DNA of 51,706 bases. Source: Syntrophaceae bacterium UBA2208. Lineage in GTDB: Bacteria > Desulfobacterota > BSN033 > UBA1163. The notes beneath the pieces were generated by a model that ran no database searches, had not been told where the DNA came from, and was given only the letters and a program-made list of their open reading frames with translations. Below are positions 46,327 to 51,706 of the stretch, piece by piece; the stretch's first letter is position 1; every line of letters starts with the position of its first letter. Made by a program: the position numbers and the translations under genes. Location of the stretch: NCBI GenBank assembly GCA_002327885.1, contig DCUS01000125.1, forward strand, positions 1 to 51,706, read 5' to 3'.

Positions 46327-46836
46327 CTACTTCAACGGCCCGGTAAAAATGAAATCATTGGTCCTCTTCTTTCCATGGCAATTGATACAGCCTTCGATCT
46401 TTCCTTCTGCTTCAATTTTTCCGTCGGGGGTGTATTTGGCCCAGAACCAATCATTGGCTGCCGGATTGTATCCCGAAACTTTGTACATGACTGTCAATGC
46501 CGCTTATTTCTTGTCTGGCGTATAATTCTCCTTCGCGACGATCGAGCCGGCCGGGAGCATCCCTTTCTTTTCCTGGATGGCCTTGAGTGCTGTGCCGTTG
46601 ACATAGGTGGTGAGCAACGCTCCATGCGGTTCCGTTCCTTTGTAGAGAGCAGTCTTGCCAGGCCACATCTTCCATTTATTTGAATAATCCACCTTTTTCA
46701 AATGGTCCCATAAGGAGGCCCCGGAAGCCTCCACCATCGTGGCTTTTCCTTTCGACATCTTTCCTTTGACTTGGGCCCAAAGAAACCCTGAAAATAGGAA
46801 TACCAGAACGAATAACAGTATGAATAGCTTTTTCAT
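46327..46836 (-). pseudogene. Cytochrome P460-family gene interrupted by an in-frame TAA (46504-46506)
   Basis: The track ORF (110 aa: signal peptide, ...EPHGALLTTYVNG..., ...GSIVAKENYTPDKK) stops at TAA. The same frame continues AALTVMYKVSGYNPAANDWFWAKYTPDGKIEAEGKIEGCINCHGKKRTNDFIFTGPLK*. That stretch carries the CxxCH haem motif expected at the family's C-terminus. Confidence 0.6.
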
Positions 46837-46898
46837 ATGATGCTCCTCCTTCCTTGAATTTATTTTTGCTGAGTAGTTGCTTCCCTTGAAAGTTATTA

Positions 46899-46914
46899 AT
46901 CAAAAGACATGCCA
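46899..46914 (-). promoter_or_regulatory. Sigma-54-type -24/-12 promoter candidate
   Basis: The minus strand reads TGGCAT-gtctt-TTGAT, identical to 44851-44866. It lies about 60 nt upstream of the cytochrome P460-like ATG 46836. Confidence 0.5.
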
Positions 46915-47047
46915 ACACACCGGGGTATAATATCAAAAGGTCTTTTGATTCTATTTCAGTAACTTAGGAAGCAGTCAGCAAGATGGCTAAGGAGTATTGA
47001 TAGAACTGGGTCGTGGAAGTGTGCCACACTTGGGGCACGCTTCCACG
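46899..47047. repeat. Copy 2 of the ~150-bp duplicated regulatory cassette
   Basis: See 44851-45000. In this copy the palindrome GGAAGTGTGCC-N8-GGCACGCTTCC pairs perfectly apart from one G:T. Confidence 0.65.
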
Positions 47048-47051
47048 ACTT

Positions 47052-47258
47052 CTACTTGGGAATGATGCGATAGATTCGGTCATCTCCCTCACTGGGACTC
47101 CCTCTTCCGTCCCTATTGCTTGTCAGAAAATAAAGGGCTCCGTCCGGGCCTTCAACGACGTCCCGGAGTCTTCCGTATTTTCCCTCTTCGTCGCCGCTCC
47201 CAAACCAGCGCTCGATCCTTGTCACCCGGTAACCACTGGACACCCTATGGCGGAACAC
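47052..47258 (-). pseudogene. PQQ-dependent soluble sugar (glucose/sorbosone) dehydrogenase remnant: C-terminal ~45 codons
   Basis: ...RLRDVVEGPDGALYFLTSNRDGRGSPSEGDDRIYRIIPK* is the typical last beta-propeller blade and C-terminus of YliI/Asd-type enzymes. Its upstream part is replaced by the 3' end of the MBL/rhodanese gene (overlap 47222-47258). Confidence 0.5.
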
Positions 47259-48607
47259 GCCGCCATGGAACCCAGGCTATCCTCCACGACATCGAAGCCA
47301 TGATTCTTCAATATGGAAGCCGCAATGATTGCCCTCCGGCCACTTCCACAGAAGGTAGTGATCCGTTGATTTCTCGGGATCTGGTCCAAACGGTCCGGCA
47401 ATTCGCCCACATAGATATGGTGGGCATTGGGCAAGTGTCCTTTCTGAAATTCCTCGATCGTTCGCACGTCGAGTAAAGTGAAACGCTCTTTTTCCTGAAT
47501 CCGCTGCGTCAATTCTTGAGCATGAATCGCAGGAATTCTGTCATATTTGTGTCCGCCGACCTCCCACGCATAAAGTCCTTCATTGAGAAAGCAAGTCACC
47601 TTGTCATATCCCAGACGGAGAAGAAACCGCACGGCCGTTTCCACATCCGAATATTTGTGGACCACTAATCCCAGAGGTCTATCATAAGGGAGAAACCAAC
47701 CTGCAAATGCAGGAATCATATCCAACGGGAGAGCCAAGCTACCGGGAATAAAGGCCCCGGCAATTGCCTCCGGGCTCCGAGCGTCAAGAGCCAGCATACC
47801 CTTTTTCATCGCATCGGAAAACTCGGCAGGGCCCACAGGGGGCGGTTTAGAAATCTCGTAAACGGGAGGCGCGTTGCCCTCCTGATTGTAATGCTCCATC
47901 TGTTTGAAATAGGGTGGCTTGTAGTGGTGCTCATGAACCTTGTGTTTGATGAATTGATCTCGCTCCGTCAGTTGGAGAAGCGGGTTGTGTTTGCGTTCGA
48001 ATCCCAGAGTGGAGAACTCCCTGGCAGCCATACCACTTCCGCATACCGACCCTGCTCCGTGAGCCGGAAAGAGGAGCACGTGATCCCCGAGGGGCAGGAG
48101 TTTTCTAAAGAGACTGTCATATAGCAGCCCTGCCACCTCCTCGGGACAATCCGGAAAGAAATCCGTGCGTCCTACATCTCCTATGAAGAGCGTGTCGCCG
48201 GTAAAAACAGCAATCGGCTCGTTTCCAAAGTTCTTATCGGTCAGAGTCAAAGAAATGCTTTCATAAGTATGACCAGGCGTTTCGAGCACGGTCACCACAA
48301 GGTCTTCGAACTTAAAAATATTGCCTTCCCGAACAGAAGTCCCATAATGAAAATCGAGCGCTTCTCCATGATAGATCGCTGCGCCGGTGCGTCGGGCAAG
48401 GTCTATCGAACCGATCACATAGTCCTCGTTACGGTGCGTCTCGAAGATGTGGGTGATGACTGCCCCGTTACGTTGAGCGATATCAACATAGATCTCGCAG
48501 TCTCTTCGTGGATCCACCACTGCGCACTCCTTTCCGGATCCGAAAATGTAGGACATATGGGCCAAGCCTTCCGAACGTATCGTCTCAAAAAATATCTTTT
48601 CCGCCAT
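47222..48607 (-). CDS. Metallo-beta-lactamase-fold protein fused to two rhodanese-like domains (persulfide dioxygenase/rhodanese fusion architecture)
   Basis: MBL motifs are TPGHTYES, GDTLFIGDVGRTDF and FPAHGAGSVCG. Motif 1 reads THRNEDY instead of HxHxDH. The C-terminal rhodanese active-site loop is TFCGSGRRA. Confidence 0.8.
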   Translation of the reverse strand: MAEKIFFETIRSEGLAHMSYIFGSGKECAVVDPRRDCEIYVDIAQRNGAVITHIFETHRNEDYVIGSIDLARRTGAAIYHGEALDFHYGTSVREGNIFKFEDLVVTVLETPGHTYESISLTLTDKNFGNEPIAVFTGDTLFIGDVGRTDFFPDCPEEVAGLLYDSLFRKLLPLGDHVLLFPAHGAGSVCGSGMAAREFSTLGFERKHNPLLQLTERDQFIKHKVHEHHYKPPYFKQMEHYNQEGNAPPVYEISKPPPVGPAEFSDAMKKGMLALDARSPEAIAGAFIPGSLALPLDMIPAFAGWFLPYDRPLGLVVHKYSDVETAVRFLLRLGYDKVTCFLNEGLYAWEVGGHKYDRIPAIHAQELTQRIQEKERFTLLDVRTIEEFQKGHLPNAHHIYVGELPDRLDQIPRNQRITTFCGSGRRAIIAASILKNHGFDVVEDSLGSMAACSAIGCPVVTG

Positions 48608-48681
48608 GGAACTCCTCCTCTTAATTGTATGTGAGTCGGAACCTTATCTTTTGCAGCCCAGTCTAACAGTCTAAGAATGAA

Positions 48682-48697
48682 TCCAAAAAATGTGCCA
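48682..48697 (-). promoter_or_regulatory. Sigma-54-type -24/-12 promoter candidate for the MBL/rhodanese gene
   Basis: The minus strand reads TGGCAC-atttt-TTGGA with correct spacing, about 75 nt upstream of ATG 48607. The -12 element is non-consensus (G for C). Confidence 0.4.
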
Positions 48698-48750
48698 AGA
48701 GAAATCAGATTTTTCTAGAATATCATTGTGTCTCCTTTATTATTAAGTAG

Positions 48751-48879
48751 TGTCTGTCCATAAATAGCCCTTTCCGTCATGCCGGACTTGATCCGGCATC
48801 CAGAAAGTCTTGAAAGTACTGGATTCCGGCTTTCACCGGAATGACGATTCTGGTTGAGTGGGCAATTTATAAACAGACA
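48751..48879. mobile_element. MITE/REP-like palindromic element (~130 bp)
   Basis: The outer inverted repeats are TGTCTGTCCATAAAT (48751-48765) and ATTTATAAACAGACA (48865-48879). The inner inverted pair is CGTCATGCCGGACTTGATCCGGCATCCAG (48775-48803) and CTGGATTCCGGCTTTCACCGGAATGACG (48819-48846). Each inner unit is itself a small hairpin. There is no coding capacity. Confidence 0.45.
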
Positions 48880-49102
48880 TTAAATAGTTATGGTTTGTCC
48901 ATTTCGAGGAGATAGATCCCGGGCAAAGAAATATGGGAAGGCCAAAGTAACCCAAACAAAATAATCGGGGCAAGTTTCTACGGTTGGGGCAGATCTACGG
49001 GGCACATTGCCACGAATTGGTTCCAATAGCTAACTCAATGTCTCCATTTGTTCTCTATTAAGTCATCAAATTAATTTGAGAAATTCGGGTTCTACCTTAT
49101 CT

Positions 49103-49118
49103 TGGCACATTTATTGAT
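49103..49118 (+). promoter_or_regulatory. Sigma-54-type -24/-12 promoter candidate for the NOX-like/Tpx genes
   Basis: TGGCAC-attta-TTGAT, 100 nt upstream of ATG 49218. Three GGGGCA motifs (48967, 48986, 48999) lie about 100-135 nt further upstream. Confidence 0.5.
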
Positions 49119-49217
49119 TTACATCTTTGGGTGCCACCCTTGTGATACGTGCATTCATTCGTGCGCATTGAACCGAGCACACAGTTAAATCGCTCAATGG
49201 ATTGAGAGGAGGGCAGA

Positions 49218-50537
49218 ATGTGGCCAGGATTGTCGCGAATCATTCTTCATCTGTTAGCGTTTTGCGCTCCCTTTATCGTAATCATCTTTTTCCACTTCCA
49301 TTCGGACCACGGTCTTCTCTCTGAGATAGCAAAAAACTTTGCCCTTTTAGGGTTTGTGGTCCTCATCCTTCAACCCGTTTTGGGTGGACGGTTCAAGTGG
49401 ATCGAACGGCCTTTCGGTCTCGACATCCTCTTCCGGTACCATAAATACATGGGCGTTTTCGCAGCTTGCCTGCTCTTGATCCACCCTCTCTTGCTTGCAG
49501 CCGGAGGAGGCGGCTTGCACCTGCTTTTCTCCCTCAATGTCCCCTGGTATATCTGGCTGGGAAAGATCGCTTTGTTTCTCCTTCTTGTGAACATCGGCCT
49601 CTCCCTTTACCAGTCAAGCCTGCATCTGAAATTTGAGAAATGGCGTCTTGGTCATGATGCATTAGCAGTTCTGATCATCGTCCTTGCATTCACCCACAGT
49701 TGGTTTGCAGGGCATGATCTGAAGATTCTCCCTATGAAATTTCTATGGGTGATCGCTTTGGGAGCTGCCGCCGTAACGTTCGTTTACCACCGGATCATCA
49801 GGCCCTATCGACTTGGCCGTCATAAATATTCCGTTGCCGATGTTCAGGCCGAGACAAAGAATGTATGGATCGTCAATCTCTCTCCTCCCGAAGGAGAAAA
49901 ACCGTACGATTTCCTGCCAGGCCAATTTCATTTTCTCACTTTTCATCGGGATCGGAACCTGCCCGAAGAAGAGCACCACTGGACCATCTCATCCAGTCCA
50001 ACCCAAAAAGGCTACATAAGTTCCACCATCAAGGAATTGGGCGATTTCACCTCGACCATCGGACAGACCAGACCGGGAGACACGGCAACTGTCCACGGTC
50101 CCTTCGGTCGTTTCTCTTACCTCCTCCATCCCGAAGAGAAAGACCTTGTCTTTATCAGCGGAGGAATTGGGATCACTCCTTTGATGAGCATGCTTCGGCA
50201 TATGCGAGACACACAAAGTACCCTTCCGGTGTTGCTTCTGTATGCCAGCGAGGATGAGGAGGAAGTTATTTTTCGACAAGAACTCTTCGAGATCGAAGCA
50301 GGGGGATTTCCACGCCTGAAGGTGGTTCTCGTCCTGAGTAAGCCCAGAAAGGATTGGAGCGGTGAAAAAGGCTATATTAATCGCAAAATAATTGAAAAAT
50401 ATACCGAGGGACGTATAAAGGGAAAGGGCTTCTATATCTGTGGTCCTCCTGGACTGATTGATCTCACTCTTCGAATCCTCGGAGAACTCGGCGCTCCCGA
50501 TGAGCGTATTCACATAGAGATCTTTTCTTTCCTTTAA
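49218..50537 (+). CDS. NOX/FRE-like membrane flavocytochrome: ferric-reductase-type 6-TM haem domain fused to FNR-like FAD/NAD(P)H-binding domain
   Basis: Two His...His pairs, each separated by 13 residues, sit in predicted helices (HKYMGVFAACLLLIH and HDALAVLIIVLAFTH). FAD motifs are PGQFHFLTF and HHWTISSSP. The NAD(P)H motif is ISGGIGITPLMSML, and the C-terminus has FYICGPPGL. Confidence 0.8.
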   Translation: MWPGLSRIILHLLAFCAPFIVIIFFHFHSDHGLLSEIAKNFALLGFVVLILQPVLGGRFKWIERPFGLDILFRYHKYMGVFAACLLLIHPLLLAAGGGGLHLLFSLNVPWYIWLGKIALFLLLVNIGLSLYQSSLHLKFEKWRLGHDALAVLIIVLAFTHSWFAGHDLKILPMKFLWVIALGAAAVTFVYHRIIRPYRLGRHKYSVADVQAETKNVWIVNLSPPEGEKPYDFLPGQFHFLTFHRDRNLPEEEHHWTISSSPTQKGYISSTIKELGDFTSTIGQTRPGDTATVHGPFGRFSYLLHPEEKDLVFISGGIGITPLMSMLRHMRDTQSTLPVLLLYASEDEEEVIFRQELFEIEAGGFPRLKVVLVLSKPRKDWSGEKGYINRKIIEKYTEGRIKGKGFYICGPPGLIDLTLRILGELGAPDERIHIEIFSFL

Positions 50538-50572
50538 ACGATAAACGAGCATTCCAACGAAGGAGAATCACT

Positions 50573-50668
50573 ATGCGAAAGAAAAAACTGAATCAAGCAA
50601 CGAGAGTGATCATAGCCATTCTTATCGTTTCTGCGGTCCTTCTGGCCTGCATCCGTATCTATCTTTAG
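50573..50668 (+). CDS. 31-aa single-TM peptide, not in the ORF track
   Basis: GAAGGAG RBS, 7 nt, then ATG. The product is MRKKKLNQATRVIIAILIVSAVLLACIRIYL*. It lies between the NOX-like gene and tpx. Confidence 0.35.
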   Translation: MRKKKLNQATRVIIAILIVSAVLLACIRIYL

Positions 50669-50678
50669 ATACGGATGC
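50649..50678 (+). other. Perfect 12-bp-stem hairpin overlapping the stop of the 31-aa ORF
   Basis: GCATCCGTATCT-atcttt-AGATACGGATGC. No U-tract follows, so it is not a canonical intrinsic terminator. Confidence 0.5.
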
Positions 50679-50797
50679 AGGTGGATACCACAACAACGTT
50701 GCAGTCCACCCGCTGGGAAGATGATGAAGCCAACATAAGAGGGAACAAGGGGTTCAACATCTTGGGAAGACAATACGAAAAAAAAGAGGAGGAAAGC

Positions 50798-51415
50798 ATG
50801 AAGACCAAAATCTGGGTCGTTTTGGGCCTAGCGGCTTTATTGGGAATGGGATGCGTTACAACAAAAAAGATGGAGATGAGTTCAGAGTCCGTTAAGCCAG
50901 GAACCGAGGTCACTTTCAAGGGAACCCCCCACAAGCTACTCGGAGATCCTTTGACAGTAGGAGCTTCCTTGCCCTCAGTCAAGTTGACAGACGCCAGGAC
51001 GATGAAGGACGTCGATCTTTCAGCCGAGCGCGGCTCTGTACTCTTTTTGAGTACCGTCGTCTCCATCGATACTGCGGTGTGAGAAGAACAGACGCACCGC
51101 CTCGGTGAGGCGGTAGATAAACTTCCCAAAGGAATCAAATGGATCACCATCAGCCGGGATACCCCTTTTGCTCAGAGACGGTTTGCTGATGAAGCCGATC
51201 TCGAGGATATCTGGTTTCTGTCTGATTATAAGACGGGGGCGTTTGGACGAGCCACAGGTCTTCTGGTCGATCAACTCATGTTTCTGGCAAGGTCCATCAT
51301 CATCGTCGATCAGCTGGGAAAAGTCCGCTACGTCCAGGTCGTGCCCGAGCTCACCAAACTGCCGGATATGGAAAAAGCTTTTGAGAAGGCACGCCAGCTT
51401 TCAAAAGAGAACTAA
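50798..51415 (+). CDS. tpx: Exported thiol peroxidase (Tpx family) with TGA (51080-51082) at the peroxidatic Cys position: candidate selenoprotein
   Basis: ATG 50798 sits behind AGAGGAGGAAAG, followed by a signal peptide, MKTKIWVVLGLAALLGMGC. The frame reads ...VLFLSTVVSIDTAV-TGA-EEQTHRLGE...ISRDTPFAQRRFADEADL...ARSIIIVDQLGKVRYVQVVPELTKLPDMEKA. It is collinear with E. coli Tpx (PSIDTGVCAA...LPFAQSRFCGAEG...). The 333 nt after the TGA stay open in frame, and a hairpin lies downstream. Confidence 0.7.
51096..51114 (+). promoter_or_regulatory. SECIS-like stem-loop 13 nt downstream of the tpx in-frame TGA
   Basis: ACCGCCU-CGGUG-AGGCGGU is a perfect 7-bp stem whose apical loop contains GGU, at the distance expected for bacterial SECIS elements. 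Confidence 0.5.
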
Positions 51416-51706
51416 TGCAAACGCATTTATTTCTTTGACATCAAGCCCCTTCAGCCTTCCCTTTCCCCGCTGAGGCTGTGTCATAATCGCAACCGGAGGG
51501 GAGAGGGATGGGGTGAGGGGCGATTCCGTTGAGTGTAATAAGATTTAATGCGTTTTTATCAGTCAGTTGCGGTCGGGAGATTTAGAGGGAGGAGAATGAA
51601 GCCGGAGTCATAGGTCTGCAAAGTTAGCGGCTACCACCAATGATGTTATCGATGTATTAATAGGAGCGCATTATATTATTTAACTATTTTATAGGGCCTG
51701 ATCCCA

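Noticed and set aside
51495-51520. GC-rich ggaggggagagggatggggtgagggg motif after tpx as a dispersed REP element or terminator
   Set aside because: It resembles a repeat common in many bacteria, but there is only one copy in this window and no adjacent U-tract. I cannot classify it.
1-51706. Search for tRNA, rRNA, CRISPR arrays, transposases, integrases and phage genes
   Set aside because: No T-arm/acceptor-like sequences, rRNA-like stretches, spaced direct repeats or recombinase-like ORFs were seen in any intergenic region or ORF.

Overview
This is a 51.7-kb chromosomal segment from a diderm, anaerobe-type bacterium. Supporting genes are TamB, HflKC, 2-oxoacid:ferredoxin oxidoreductase and PEP synthase, and the window also carries sigma-54-type promoters and TGA/SECIS selenoprotein candidates. 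I cannot fix the taxon from sequence alone. I found no rRNA, tRNA, CRISPR array, transposase or integrase.

Block 1 (1-11.5 kb, + strand) holds the tamB 3' end, pgm, hflKC, a REC-only response regulator and an orphan PTS EIIA(Man). It ends with a glucosylglycerate-type compatible-solute cluster: gpgS, an MpgP-like phosphatase, a second glycosyltransferase and two membrane proteins.

Block 2 (11.5-32.8 kb, - strand) starts with a sugar ABC importer whose binding protein is fused to a permease. Next come a decayed treT joined to an atpD fragment, then pyk, pfkB, a D-2-hydroxyacid dehydrogenase and a lactate permease. A GH65 phosphorylase is translationally coupled to a beta-PGM/trehalose-phosphatase fusion, followed by ppsA, gap and fbaB. 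Two paralogous USP/coiled-coil proteins also lie in this block.

Block 3 (32.9-51.7 kb) is an accessory redox region. It holds a PatZ-like ADP-forming acyl-CoA synthetase/GNAT and a long korAB operon extended by small Cys-rich proteins. It also has remnants of metal-resistance genes, an MBL/rhodanese protein and a NOX-like flavocytochrome.

Main hunting results:
- Two ORFs that the track splits at TGA are best read as selenoproteins. One is a UxxC thioredoxin-fold protein and the other a Tpx with Sec at the peroxidatic position. Each has a hairpin just downstream of the TGA.
- The Sec-Tpx sits in an apparent operon with the NOX-like membrane flavocytochrome, which suggests an undescribed trans-membrane reducing system.
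- A set of TGGCAY-N5-TTGN (sigma-54-like) promoters was found. Two of them lie inside a duplicated ~150-bp regulatory cassette with a palindromic upstream site.
- Several clean gene-fragment junctions or decayed genes are present: atpD'::'treT, czcC'::'copA, a PQQ-dehydrogenase tail and a cytochrome P460 gene with an in-frame TAA.
- A DUF5320-like gene has ATA where its ATG should be.

All family assignments come from motif recognition by eye and need database confirmation.
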